Shown: positions 38,978 through 49,533, numbered from the stretch's first letter. The stretch is 64,000 nucleotides of DNA from an uncultured Spirochaetota bacterium (GCA_963768055.1 CAVYGN010000001.1:352001-416000); one strand, 5' to 3'. Translations and numbers: made by a program. Notes: a model not told the origin generated them from the sequence alone.

Positions 38978-41900
38978 TTATTGAACATGTCTTTCAAATA
39001 TCAGTTCCACGTAAGCCCTCGATATTTTCAGGCTTTTAGATATATCCTCGATGCTCCATGCCTGCTCCTTGAGCCGCAATATGTTCTTGATCACATCCTC
39101 GTCCGCGCCGGATTCTTCCGAAAGAGCCCTTCTCGAGCCCGGCCTCGAGCCGAGTGACGTTTCCTGAGAATCCTTGACCCTTTCGAGCCTGTTTTCCAGC
39201 TTCGCTACCCAGTCCCTCATTTTCTGCACCTTCTTCGATTCCTCCTCGATAAGCACAAGGAGGTTATCGATATCGACGATCTTGTCGACGGCGTAACTCA
39301 CCTTATCCTGGTCGCCGAAAATTTTTGTTATGTTGGCCTGGGCGTTCTTGATGTCGTCCTCGATCTTTTTGGAAGTTTTGACTATCCCCCCGAGTTTTTC
39401 TTCGGCGCCGGCGATCTTTGAATGAACGTCTTTAAGGTCTTCCTTGGACGTTTCGATCGAATTCATTATTTTATTGATGACTTCTTTTTTCTTTTCTACA
39501 TCGGCCGCTTTTAACTTGATGTCCTCGTATGATTTCAGGGTTTCGAGAAGGACGTTCCTGACCTCCTCGGCTTTTCCCTGCTGTTTTTCTATAAGGGTGA
39601 GAATGCCTTCGGTTTCCCTGGCTTTCTGAAGGGCTTCCGTCACGGTCTGGTAGATAAGCGCCGTTTCTTTTTTATTATTGCCGATATTCACGAAAAGCGC
39701 GCTCAAATCCCTGTTTTCGATCCTTATCAGGTCTATTGTTTTCAGCGACTCTTCAATGTCTTTTCTCCGGGAGTCCAGTTCTTTCAGGAACTGGCTTATT
39801 ATCTCTATCTGGGAATTAGACTTTGCCGCAAGTCCTTCAGCTCTTTCGAGGACCGAGGACTTTTTCAGCAGGCCGTCGTAACGGGCTTCAATTTCCCTTG
39901 TCTTCTTGTTCAGCTCCTTGATATCTTCGAGGATCTCGGCCTTGAAGTCCTCTTTTTCATTTTTAAGCTGTCCCGCCAGGGCAGTAATATCCTTTTTACC
40001 CGAGTTATAAACCTGCATTATCTCTTCACCGCCTTTCTTCACATACGAATCGAATTCGGCAGCGATCTCTTTTATCTTTTTCGATATCTCGCCTTCGACG
40101 GTTATCGCCTTATTGCGGATGGAAACTATTGTCTTTTCCTCGAAATTCCTGAGCTCCTTCTCCATTCCGGCTATCCGGTCGAATACTTTTTTATATTCCT
40201 CGCTGGATTTGGTCAGATATACGCCGATGCCGTCGGAAAAGGTATTTTTATACTCTTCTATTTTAGAGGCGTAGCCTGTAATAATGGCTTCGGTTTTTTT
40301 GGAGAGTTCGTCCTCCCTTTGCTTAGCCCGTGCGGTGAAATCGCCGATCTCCCTGGCAAAGGCTCCGGCCTTTTTTTCCATATCGTCCTGTATCTCCAGC
40401 GCCCTGCCGTTAAGTTTTTTAACGATTTCGTCGGCGGGAGGGGTGAACGAATCCTTGAAACTGTCTATTTCTTCTTCCATTTTCACCCTGTATTCATTAA
40501 GCGCCGACTGGAGCATTTTCACGTTTTCATCGGAGTTTTTAGCGATGAATTTCCTGTCCTGTTCCCTGAGCCCCTCGAGGAAATTGGTGTGAACCTGCCT
40601 TAATTTTGAGAGTTCTTCATCCATCCCGGTTTTTTCAAGGTCGATCTTATCGTATATTTCCTTTATCCTGTCTTTAATAAGTCCTTCAAAGCCCGCCTTT
40701 CTCTCTTCGATGGCCTTTTCAAGGGTAGATATCTCACGCCTCATTTCCTCGTAGGTAAGATGCATGGCGTTCAATTCCTCCGCACTTTTTATCCTGGCCG
40801 AATCGATGACATTCCTAGACTGATCCAGCTCTTTCTGCAAATTAATAATCTCGCTTTTATTGTCCGACAGGGCCCCTTTGAGGCCTGCAAGCTCCTTTTT
40901 ATAAAATTCGATGTTGTTCATGGTATCGAGTTTTACCTCTTCAAGGATGCCGTCTATATCATGCCGGAAGTTCTGCAGCCCGCTCTCGCCCTTTCCCGAC
41001 AGTTCTTCATAAAATTTCTGGAAACGCTGTTCTATATTTTTGTTGATGGAATTAAGCTGAATGTCGGCCTTCCTGACAGCTTCATCCATTATCGAACTGA
41101 GGCGCTCGATTTTTTTGTTCATTTCTTTGTCTTTTTCGTTGACCTGTACGATCATTTCGTTCGTGAGGTTCCTGAGCTCCGTTCTCTTCGCTATGAAATC
41201 GCCGTCGGACCCCTTGAGGGCCTCGGCGAGCTTTTGAGCGAGGGCCGAGTTATATTCATTCAGCTTTGATTCGGATTCTTCCCTTAAGTCCTCGATCATA
41301 GCCCCGGTCCTGAGTTTCGCGCTTTCTATTTCGTCTTTCAGGGTCCCGATCTGCGTCAGGCTCCAGCTTCTCGCTTCTTCAAGGGAAGAAGATATTTCTT
41401 TTATTACATGATCCTTCCGGTCTGCGGCGGCTTTGTGGGCCGCGGCAATCTCGTTTTTCAGTTCTTTTATCTCGTTCCTGGTGTTGCTGATCAGTTCTTT
41501 ATAGTCCCCGACGAAGCCTATTTTGAGATCGTCGACAAACTTATCCATTTCCTTCGATTTCCCCGCGATGATATCCTGTATCCCGGTCTGCGCTTTCAAG
41601 CCTGCGGTTTTAAGGCTTTCCACGTTATTCTTGTATTCCTCGAGTTCTCCCATAAGGGACGTCTGCGAGCTTTTCAGCTTCTTGCCGAATTCCGTCTCAA
41701 AGTGGGTGACTGTCCGTTCGAGAAGGGAGAGCTTCTCGGAGATCGAAACAGTCGACTTGTCGATCCCTGAAAAAATCTCTTTTTCCTTGTCCCTGATCTT
41801 CTGCAGAGCGGATTCGGCCGCCTCCTTTCCCTGACCCTTGATTTCGTTCCCGACGCCCGACAATTCGGTCTTCACCGATTGCAGGAGCGATCCGAGCTCT

Positions 41901-44900
41901 TTCTCTTTTTCCGCAATTTCGCCTATCAAAGCGTTTGTCTCGATCGAGGCCTGTTTCTGGAGTTCGGCGACGTCGTCCTTGAATTTATCTGTAATTTCTT
42001 TCACGAACTTCGAAAGTTTTCCGCCCATTTCATTTACCGCTCCAGAATTCGCTGCGAGTTTTACGTTTATATTCTTCATATTTAAGTTGAATTCCTCTTC
42101 GAACTTCTTTTCAGACCTGGAATACTGCTCGTCAAGAGCGTTAAGGCGTTCTTCGGTTTTTTCGATGGCCGATTTTTTCATGTTTTCGATTTCTCTGGTA
42201 ATCTCGGTTCCTGCCCGTTTAAACATGGCGTCGGCTTCCCCGGAGATTTTAGCCTGAAGGGCTTCGATCTCGTTATTCATAGACCCGAATTTTTCTTCCA
42301 TGCCGGCGACCTTGGAGTTGTAGCGGGTTTCGATTTCTTTTACGCCGCTCTCAATGGAAGAGATCTTCTGGGTTAAAGTCGATTCGATGTTCTTAGAAAG
42401 GCTGTCGGATTTCGCCTTCAGCAGGGCCTCGGTATCCTCAAGTTTTTTATTTACGATCTTTTCACTCTGTTCGAGCCTCGTTTCAAGTTCCGAACTCTTT
42501 GAGAATATCTCCCTGCTCATCTCGTTGAAGCGTTTGACGGCCTCGGCGAGTTTCCCGCTGTATTCGGAGAGCGTAGAGCCTGTGCTGTTTTTCAGGTTCT
42601 GCACGGCAGTTAAAAATTCCTTTTTAGCTTCGTTCACTTCGCCGGCGACTTCCTTTGCCGCCTTGTCCGACTCTTCCCTGTAAGCTGCGATCCTGCTCTC
42701 GAAAGTTTCCCTGATGTCTGAAGCCTCCTCCTGGTATTTGGAGGTGAGCCCTACGAGGTTCTTCTCAATCTCTTCGCGCGTCACTTCGTATCTTCCGTCG
42801 AGGCCGGAAAGCCTTTCCTCGACGCTCGTCTCGAGGGATTTCTTAAGTGAATCTATTTCCTTCATTATCTCTGCGTTGGCCCTTGTAAAGAGGTTCTCAG
42901 CCTCGCTCTGTATTCTCTTCTCGAGGACCGAGATCTCCGAATTAATCTTGCCGAATTTCTGCTCCATGCCGGTGATCCTCGAGTTGTAGCCGGACTCGAT
43001 CTCCTTGAACTGTTTGTCGAGGCCCGAGGCGAGGGCTTCCATCCTTCCGCCGATCTCGGTCTTCCTTTCTTCGAATTCCTTGACGGTTTGCCGGAGTTCA
43101 ATTTCAATCGAAGAAACCCTGTCCTCCATCGATTCCCTGAGTTCCTTTTCAGTCTGGGAGAGGTTTATCTCGAGGGTCTTTGCGATGCTGTCGGTCCTGG
43201 CCTTCACGCCCGATTCCATCTTTGAAAATTCCTTATCGTACTGTTCGCTCTTTCGTGAGATTATATCTTCGAGCGAGGATTCGAAGCCCGTTACGCTCTT
43301 TGAAAGCAGGGCCTGGGTATCCTCGAGTTTTTTATTAACTGTCTTTTCGCTCTGAGCGAGCCTCGTTTCAAGTTCCGAACTCTTGGAGAGTATCTCCCTG
43401 CTCATCTCGTTGAAGCGCTTGACGGCCTCGGCGAGTTTCCCGTTGTATTCGGAGAGCGTAGAGCCTGTGCTGTTTTTCAGGTTCTGCGCGTTCGTTAAAA
43501 ATTCCTTTTTAGCTTCGTTCACTTCGCCGGCTACATCATGAGCCGCCTTATCCGTGTCCGCCCTGTAAGAGGCTATTTTTTCCTCGAAGGTCTCTCGTAT
43601 GTCTGAAGCCTCCTCCTGGTACTTCGAAATGAGACCTACGAGGTTCTTCTCTATCTCTTCCCGGGTCTGTTCGTATCTTCCGTCGAGGCCGGAAAGCCTT
43701 TCCTCGACGCTCGTCTCGAGGGATTTCTTAAGCGAATCTATTTCCTTCATTATTTCAGCGTTGGCCTTTGAAAAAAGCGTCTCAGCCTCGCTCTGTATCT
43801 TCTTCTCGAGGACCGCGATCTCGGAATTAATCTTGCCGAATTTCTGCTCCATGCCGGCGATCCTCGAGTTGTAGCCGGACTCGATCTCCTTGAACTGTTT
43901 GTCGAGGCCCGAGGCGAGGGCTTCCATCCTTCCGCCTATTTCGCTCTTCCTTCCCTCGAATTCCTTGACGGTTTGCCGGAGTTCAATTTCAATCGAAGAA
44001 ACCCTGTCCTCCATCGATTCCCTGAGTTCCTTTTCAGTCTGGATAAAACCGGATTCGATGTTCTTTGAAAGGCTGTCGGATTTTGCTTTGAGAAGGGCCT
44101 CTGTATCCTCAAGTTTTTTATTAACTGTCTTTTCGCTCTGAGCGAGCCTCGTTTCAAGTTCCGAACTCTTGGAGAGTATCTCCCTGCTCATCTCGTTGAA
44201 GCGCTTGACGGCCTCGGCGAGTTTCCCGTTGTATTCGGAGAGCGTAGAGCCTGTGCTGTTTTTCAGGTTCTGCGCGTTCGTTAAAAATTCCTTTTTAGCT
44301 TCGTTCACTTCGCCGGCTACATCATGAGCCGCCTTATCCGTGTCCGCCCTGTAAGAGGCTATTTTTTCCTCGAAGGTCTCTCGTATGTCTGAAGCCTCCT
44401 CCTGGTACTTCGAAATGAGACCTACGAGGTTCTTCTCTATCTCTTCCCGGGTCTGTTCGTATCTTCCGTCGAGGCCGGAAAGCCTTTCCTCGACGCTCGT
44501 CTCGAGGGATTTCTTAAGCGAATCTATTTCCTTCATTATCTCAGCGTTGGCCTTTGAAAAAAGCGTCTCAGCCTCGCTCTGTATCTTCTTCTCGAGGACC
44601 GCGATCTCGGAATTAATCTTGCCGAATTTCTGCTCCATGCCGGCGATCCTCGAGTTGTAGCCGGACTCGATCTCCTTGAACTGTTTGTCGAGGCCCGAGG
44701 CGAGGGCTTCCATCCTTCCGCCTATTTCGCTCTTCCTTCCCTCCAGCTCCTTTGCGACCTGGCGCAGGTCGTTATCGATCGAAGAGACCTTGTCCTCCAT
44801 AGCCTCCCTCAATTCCTTTTCAGTCTGGGAGAGGTTTATCTCGAGGGCCTTCGCGATGCTGTCGGTCCTTGCCTTCACGCCCGATTCCATCTTTGAAAAT

Positions 44901-47800
44901 TCCTTGTCGTACTGTTCGCTCTTACGGGAGATTATATCTTCGAGCGAGGATTCGAAGCCCGTTACGCTCTTTGAAAGCAGGGCCTGGGTATCCTCGAGTT
45001 TTTTATTAACTGTCTTTTCGCTCTGAGCGAGCCTCGCTTCAAGTTCCGAACTCTTGGAGAGTATCTCCCTGCTCATCTCGTTGAAGCGCTTGACGGCCTC
45101 GGCGAGTTTCCCGTTGTATTCGGAGAGCGTAGAGCCTGTGCTGTTTTTCAGGTTCTGCGCGTTCGTTAAAAATTCCTTTTTAGCTTCGTTCACTTCGCCG
45201 GCTATATCATGAGCCGCCTTGTCCGTATCTGCCCTGAAAGCTGCGATCCTGCTCTCGAATGTTTCCCTGATGTCGGAAGCCTCCTCCTGGTACTTGGAGG
45301 TGAGCCCTACGAGGTTTTTCTCTATCTCTTCCCGGGTCTGTTCGTATCTTCCGTCGATTCCCGAAAGCCTTTCCTCGACGCTCGTCTCGAGGGATTTCTT
45401 AAGCGAATCTATCTCCTTCATTATCTCCGTGTTAGCCCTTGTAAAGAGGTTTTCCGCCTCAACCTGCAATTTCTTCTCGAGGACGGCGATCTCGGAATTA
45501 ATCTTGCCGAATCTCTGCTCCATGCCGGCGATCCTCGAGTTGTAGCCGGACTCGATCTCCTTGAACTGTTTGTCGAGGCCTGAGGCGAGTGCTTCCATCC
45601 TTCCGCCGATCTCGGTCTTCCTTCCCTCCAGCTCCTTTGCGACCTGGCGCAGGTCGTTATCGATCGAAGAGACCTTGTCCTCCATAGCCTCCCTCAATTC
45701 CTTTTCAGTCTGGGAGAGGTTTATCTCGAGGGCCTTCGTGATACTGTTCGTCCTGGCTTTCACGCCGGATTCTATCTTTGAAAATTCCTTGTCGTACTGT
45801 TCGCTCTTGCGGGAGATTATATCTTCGAGCGAGGATTCGAAGCCCGTTACGCTCTTTGAAAGCAGGGCTTCCGTATCCTCGAGTTTCTTATTCATGATCT
45901 TTTCGGTCTGAGAGAGCCTTGTTTCAAGTTCAGAACTCTTCGAGAGTATCTCCCTGTTCATCTCGTTGAAGCGCTTGACGGCCTCGGCGAGTTTCCCGTT
46001 GTATTCGGAGAGTGTGGAACCCGTGCTGTTTTTCAGGTTCTGCAGGTTCGTTAAAAACTCCTTCTTCGCTTCGTTCATTTCGCCTGCGATATCCCTGGCC
46101 GTTTTGTCCGTATCGGCCCTGAAAGTCGCGATCCTGCTCTCGAATGTTTCCCTGATGTCGGAAGCCTCCTCCTGGTACTTGGAGGTGAGCCCTACGAGGT
46201 TTTTCTCTATCTCTTCCCGGGTCTGTTCGTATCTTCCGTCGATTCCCGAAAGCCTTTCCTCGACGCTCGTCTCGAGGGATTTCTTAAGCGAATCTATCTC
46301 CTTCATTATCTCCGTGTTAGCCCTTGTAAAGAGGTTTTCCGCCTCAACCTGCAATTTCTTCTCGAGGACGGCGATCTCGGAATTAATCTTGCCGAATCTC
46401 TGCTCCATGCCGGCGATCCTCGAGTTGTAGCCGGACTCGATCTCCTTGAACTGTTTGTCGAGGCCTGAGGCGAGTGCTTCCATCCTTCCGCCGATCTCGG
46501 TCTTCCTTCCCTCCAGCTCCTTTGCGACCTGGCGCAGGTCGTTATCGATCGAAGAGACCTTGTCCTCCATAGCCTCCCTCAATTCCTTTTCAGTCTGGGA
46601 GAGGTTTATCTCGAGGGCCTTCGTGATACTGTTCGTCCTGGCTTTCACGCCGGATTCTATCTTTGAAAATTCCTTGTCGTACTGTTCGCTCTTGCGGGAG
46701 ATTATATCTTCGAGCGAGGATTCGAAGCCCGCTACGCTCTTTAAAAGCAGGGCTTCCGTATCCTCGAGTTTTTTATTCACGATCTTGTCGCTCTGGTCCA
46801 GGCGTTTTTCAAGATCCGAGCTCTTTGAAAGGACTTCCCTGTTCATTTCGTTAAAACGCTTGACCGCTTCGTTCCACCGGCTGTTTATCTCGCCAAGGGT
46901 GCCGGATACATTCGTTTTTAATTCCTTGGCCCCGTTAAGCAATTCCTCCTTCGATTCCCTTATCTGTTCTTCGAGGGACCTGGAGGCTGTTTCGGTTTCT
47001 TTTTTGAACGATTCTATTTTCTCGTTTAAAACCGCCTGTAAGTCCGAAGCCATGCCCTCATAATGCTTCGAGAGTTCCGTGAACTGAGTGCCGATCGTTT
47101 CCTCGATCTCCCTTTCCCTATCGTCAAGTTCCACCAGCGCCGATGAACGGAATTCATCCATGCTCTTCCTGGCGGTATCTACAGACTGGTCTATTTCGGA
47201 AACAAGCGACTGCACTTCTTCCGACTTTTTTTCAAGGCCTTCCTCTATGTTCCTTATGTCCTGGATTGAATTGTCCTTGTACCCCGAAATTTCCTCCCGG
47301 GCGTTATTCATGAATTCCTCGATGTTTTTTCTCGCCCATTCCTTGGACTGTTCGATCTCGCTTCTGGTTTGAGCCGAGGTCTTTTTCATCTCGGACATTT
47401 CCCGTTTTAATGTTTCGAATCTGCCGGAAATTTCGTTTATATCGGAGAGCTTTTCCTTTACCGATGAGATCTCGCTGTCGAACTTGGACGCCTGTTTGAG
47501 GTCGCCGGAAAGCCCTTCCCTGATCTCCTGGAATCTGGCCAGGGTGTCTTTTATGTCAACAAGCTTGTTATTTATATAGGTAGTGGCTTTATCCAATTTT
47601 TTAAGCGAAATGTCCAGATTTATGGTTTTATCGAGAAGATCCTTTTCCCGGTCCCGGAACATCATTTTCATATTGGTAACGGAGGTCGAAATAAAATTTT
47701 TAAGGGTGCTCAACTGGGTGTTGCGCTTGTCCTTCCTTCTGAAATATAGAATTAAAAAAAAGCATAGAAATGCCGTTGTTACGCTGATAAATATTTCCAT
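38978..47800 (-). CDS. SpiroCoCo-family giant coiled-coil protein
   Basis: N-terminal TM + YFRRKDK.N..L..LK, about 2900 aa of coiled coil, C-terminal HTH-like WSIEDISKSLKISRAYVELI; RBS GGAGGG before 47800 (ORF track start 47818). Confidence 0.8.
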   Translation of the reverse strand: MEIFISVTTAFLCFFLILYFRRKDKRNTQLSTLKNFISTSVTNMKMMFRDREKDLLDKTINLDISLKKLDKATTYINNKLVDIKDTLARFQEIREGLSGDLKQASKFDSEISSVKEKLSDINEISGRFETLKREMSEMKKTSAQTRSEIEQSKEWARKNIEEFMNNAREEISGYKDNSIQDIRNIEEGLEKKSEEVQSLVSEIDQSVDTARKSMDEFRSSALVELDDREREIEETIGTQFTELSKHYEGMASDLQAVLNEKIESFKKETETASRSLEEQIRESKEELLNGAKELKTNVSGTLGEINSRWNEAVKRFNEMNREVLSKSSDLEKRLDQSDKIVNKKLEDTEALLLKSVAGFESSLEDIISRKSEQYDKEFSKIESGVKARTNSITKALEINLSQTEKELREAMEDKVSSIDNDLRQVAKELEGRKTEIGGRMEALASGLDKQFKEIESGYNSRIAGMEQRFGKINSEIAVLEKKLQVEAENLFTRANTEIMKEIDSLKKSLETSVEERLSGIDGRYEQTREEIEKNLVGLTSKYQEEASDIRETFESRIATFRADTDKTARDIAGEMNEAKKEFLTNLQNLKNSTGSTLSEYNGKLAEAVKRFNEMNREILSKSSELETRLSQTEKIMNKKLEDTEALLSKSVTGFESSLEDIISRKSEQYDKEFSKIESGVKARTNSITKALEINLSQTEKELREAMEDKVSSIDNDLRQVAKELEGRKTEIGGRMEALASGLDKQFKEIESGYNSRIAGMEQRFGKINSEIAVLEKKLQVEAENLFTRANTEIMKEIDSLKKSLETSVEERLSGIDGRYEQTREEIEKNLVGLTSKYQEEASDIRETFESRIAAFRADTDKAAHDIAGEVNEAKKEFLTNAQNLKNSTGSTLSEYNGKLAEAVKRFNEMSREILSKSSELEARLAQSEKTVNKKLEDTQALLSKSVTGFESSLEDIISRKSEQYDKEFSKMESGVKARTDSIAKALEINLSQTEKELREAMEDKVSSIDNDLRQVAKELEGRKSEIGGRMEALASGLDKQFKEIESGYNSRIAGMEQKFGKINSEIAVLEKKIQSEAETLFSKANAEIMKEIDSLKKSLETSVEERLSGLDGRYEQTREEIEKNLVGLISKYQEEASDIRETFEEKIASYRADTDKAAHDVAGEVNEAKKEFLTNAQNLKNSTGSTLSEYNGKLAEAVKRFNEMSREILSKSSELETRLAQSEKTVNKKLEDTEALLKAKSDSLSKNIESGFIQTEKELRESMEDRVSSIEIELRQTVKEFEGRKSEIGGRMEALASGLDKQFKEIESGYNSRIAGMEQKFGKINSEIAVLEKKIQSEAETLFSKANAEIMKEIDSLKKSLETSVEERLSGLDGRYEQTREEIEKNLVGLISKYQEEASDIRETFEEKIASYRADTDKAAHDVAGEVNEAKKEFLTNAQNLKNSTGSTLSEYNGKLAEAVKRFNEMSREILSKSSELETRLAQSEKTVNKKLEDTQALLSKSVTGFESSLEDIISRKSEQYDKEFSKMESGVKARTDSIAKTLEINLSQTEKELRESMEDRVSSIEIELRQTVKEFEERKTEIGGRMEALASGLDKQFKEIESGYNSRITGMEQKFGKINSEISVLEKRIQSEAENLFTRANAEIMKEIDSLKKSLETSVEERLSGLDGRYEVTREEIEKNLVGLTSKYQEEASDIRETFESRIAAYREESDKAAKEVAGEVNEAKKEFLTAVQNLKNSTGSTLSEYSGKLAEAVKRFNEMSREIFSKSSELETRLEQSEKIVNKKLEDTEALLKAKSDSLSKNIESTLTQKISSIESGVKEIETRYNSKVAGMEEKFGSMNNEIEALQAKISGEADAMFKRAGTEITREIENMKKSAIEKTEERLNALDEQYSRSEKKFEEEFNLNMKNINVKLAANSGAVNEMGGKLSKFVKEITDKFKDDVAELQKQASIETNALIGEIAEKEKELGSLLQSVKTELSGVGNEIKGQGKEAAESALQKIRDKEKEIFSGIDKSTVSISEKLSLLERTVTHFETEFGKKLKSSQTSLMGELEEYKNNVESLKTAGLKAQTGIQDIIAGKSKEMDKFVDDLKIGFVGDYKELISNTRNEIKELKNEIAAAHKAAADRKDHVIKEISSSLEEARSWSLTQIGTLKDEIESAKLRTGAMIEDLREESESKLNEYNSALAQKLAEALKGSDGDFIAKRTELRNLTNEMIVQVNEKDKEMNKKIERLSSIMDEAVRKADIQLNSINKNIEQRFQKFYEELSGKGESGLQNFRHDIDGILEEVKLDTMNNIEFYKKELAGLKGALSDNKSEIINLQKELDQSRNVIDSARIKSAEELNAMHLTYEEMRREISTLEKAIEERKAGFEGLIKDRIKEIYDKIDLEKTGMDEELSKLRQVHTNFLEGLREQDRKFIAKNSDENVKMLQSALNEYRVKMEEEIDSFKDSFTPPADEIVKKLNGRALEIQDDMEKKAGAFAREIGDFTARAKQREDELSKKTEAIITGYASKIEEYKNTFSDGIGVYLTKSSEEYKKVFDRIAGMEKELRNFEEKTIVSIRNKAITVEGEISKKIKEIAAEFDSYVKKGGEEIMQVYNSGKKDITALAGQLKNEKEDFKAEILEDIKELNKKTREIEARYDGLLKKSSVLERAEGLAAKSNSQIEIISQFLKELDSRRKDIEESLKTIDLIRIENRDLSALFVNIGNNKKETALIYQTVTEALQKARETEGILTLIEKQQGKAEEVRNVLLETLKSYEDIKLKAADVEKKKEVINKIMNSIETSKEDLKDVHSKIAGAEEKLGGIVKTSKKIEDDIKNAQANITKIFGDQDKVSYAVDKIVDIDNLLVLIEEESKKVQKMRDWVAKLENRLERVKDSQETSLGSRPGSRRALSEESGADEDVIKNILRLKEQAWSIEDISKSLKISRAYVELIFERHVQ
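42380..46870 (-). repeat. Intragenic near-identical tandem repeat (about 5 units of 885/786 bp)
   Basis: Marker GAAGCCTCCTCCTGG at 42720, 43605, 44391, 45276 and 46161 (spacings 885, 786, 885, 885); boundaries approximate. Confidence 0.92.
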
Positions 47801-47833
47801 GATTCCCTCCCAATCCAATCGCCAGGGCCGCCG

Positions 47834-48724
47834 CTATCTGACGATAACCCCTCCTGTTCCGGTTGAATAAAATGTGTAAATTTTATCGGGCACAGGGATT
47901 ATCCCTAATGCCTCGCCGTACGAGGTCCTTATGCCCATTTTCCTGGCAGCATTGGCATTAGTTACCGCGGCTACGAATTTCAAAACTTCAGCCTGGTAAT
48001 CGTTTTTATCGAGTATATACAGGTCTTTATCTTCGACATTAAAAGTATTGGGAAAATTTTCCTTTCCGTTAAATAAATCGACCCCGTTTTCATGGCTTAC
48101 GGTTTCGCTGAACAGCCTGTCCGGAAAAGCTATATTCTTAGCTTCGCCCTTTTCGATCATGGAGTAATCGAAATTAAGCACCCCGAAGTCCACGAAAAGC
48201 TTCCTACCCTGTATTGTGTATTCAGAAGCGCCGCTGGGTACGTCGGCATCTTTTACTGAGGAATAGGCGAAATATGTGATTTTTACCTGGATCGACCTGT
48301 TGTCGCCGTTTATCAAAGGCGCGGTTTTAACCTCCATGACTTTTCTCTCGGCTTTAAGGTTTTTGAGAGCGGCTTCCATTATTTTTACATCCCGGTAAAG
48401 CGAAAGTCCCGACGCCAGGTCTTTAAGCGTGGAATAAACAAAGGTCATAAAAAAGATCACAACCAGGCCGATTACAATGTTAGTAAGGTTCGAATAAAAA
48501 GCGAAGAGAAGTTCCGGCAATGAAGCGAGAAGATTGCCCGGTGAGAAATGGCCGTTTTTATCCCTGGATTTTCCTATTATTATCAGAATGATAAAAAAAA
48601 CAATAATGAGCCATCCCCAGACTGTAAGGAAAAGGAAATTGGCCACAGCCGCTATCGGGCCGATAAAATTCAAAAGGGAATTCACGACATTTTCAAGGTT
48701 CTGCACGATTTTAAGATTATCCAT
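47834..48724 (-). CDS. Hypothetical membrane protein
   Basis: Two N-terminal TMs, a short coiled coil, then a soluble beta-rich domain; in an operon with SpiroCoCo. Confidence 0.7.
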   Translation of the reverse strand: MDNLKIVQNLENVVNSLLNFIGPIAAVANFLFLTVWGWLIIVFFIILIIIGKSRDKNGHFSPGNLLASLPELLFAFYSNLTNIVIGLVVIFFMTFVYSTLKDLASGLSLYRDVKIMEAALKNLKAERKVMEVKTAPLINGDNRSIQVKITYFAYSSVKDADVPSGASEYTIQGRKLFVDFGVLNFDYSMIEKGEAKNIAFPDRLFSETVSHENGVDLFNGKENFPNTFNVEDKDLYILDKNDYQAEVLKFVAAVTNANAARKMGIRTSYGEALGIIPVPDKIYTFYSTGTGGVIVR

Positions 48725-49378
48725 TTAATTTACCTCCGTCAGCTCAAGACCGCCGCCGGGATGCACCGAACATCTGAATATCATGCCTTCTTCAATTCTC
48801 CTGGAAAAACCGGGGTGCAGAGATACGTCCATTATCCTTACCTTGCTGTCCCGGACCATGATATTCGTTTCGTTTCCCGAGGCTTCCATGGCGTTTTCAA
48901 ACAGGAAAGAGACCGTATTTTTATATGAAATGTCCATGTTCGCAAGGGTGAAAATCGACGGGAAACCGTTTATATAATAAAGGTTCGTAACGGATTTGCC
49001 GCTACCCGGGGGGATCGTATCGGTGTAAAGGTTGAACGGAAATACGAATGCGTTGCTAAAGCTTCCGCTCCGGGCGGCTACAACCTTGCATTCGAGAAAT
49101 ATATCTCTGCCGTCAAGCGTGAAAGTCTCGTCAGTAACCGCAGTCCCGCCGATATTAATAAGCTTCAGGTTATAGAGAAACGAATTCCCGGTTTTCGAAA
49201 GGACTGATATTTCAGCGAAAGAGTATTCGGATTTAATATACGCCAGCGCCTTTTCCAGGTCTATCTTCCTGTTCTTCAGGGAAAAATTGAACAGGTATAT
49301 CGCCGCTCCGGCAAGCATGACCAGGAACAGAAGCAGGATGATCCTTCCTCCTGCGCTTGTTTTTCCTCTTTCCGACAT
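48725..49378 (-). CDS. Hypothetical membrane-anchored protein, distant paralog of its neighbour
   Basis: One TM; shares T..GR.(L/I)F, FP..L(F/Y)..T....G and terminal GG(V/L) motifs with 47834-48724. Confidence 0.65.
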   Translation of the reverse strand: MSERGKTSAGGRIILLLFLVMLAGAAIYLFNFSLKNRKIDLEKALAYIKSEYSFAEISVLSKTGNSFLYNLKLINIGGTAVTDETFTLDGRDIFLECKVVAARSGSFSNAFVFPFNLYTDTIPPGSGKSVTNLYYINGFPSIFTLANMDISYKNTVSFLFENAMEASGNETNIMVRDSKVRIMDVSLHPGFSRRIEEGMIFRCSVHPGGGLELTEVN

Positions 49379-49458
49379 GAAATACTCTCCGGAAATTTAT
49401 GGATTTATCTTACAATATATAGCCGATAAAATCAAATAGTAGATAACCGGGGATGCTT

Positions 49459-49533
49459 CAGTCGTCAGTCTGCAGTCGTCAGTCTACAGTCAACAATCTT
49501 GACTGCCGACTATCGGCTGTCGACTGTTGACTT
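49459..49533. repeat. Inverted heptamer array (5 x CAGTCNN, 5-nt loop, 5 x NNGACTG)
   Basis: CAGTCGT CAGTCTG CAGTCGT CAGTCTA CAGTCAA caatc TTGACTG CCGACTA TCGGCTG TCGACTG TTGACTT. Confidence 0.85.

Noticed and set aside
39444..47372. Many plus-strand ORFs of 60-205 aa over the coiled-coil gene
   Set aside because: Ser/Phe/Leu-rich antisense shadows of a Glu/Lys-rich gene, repeated with its tandem units.
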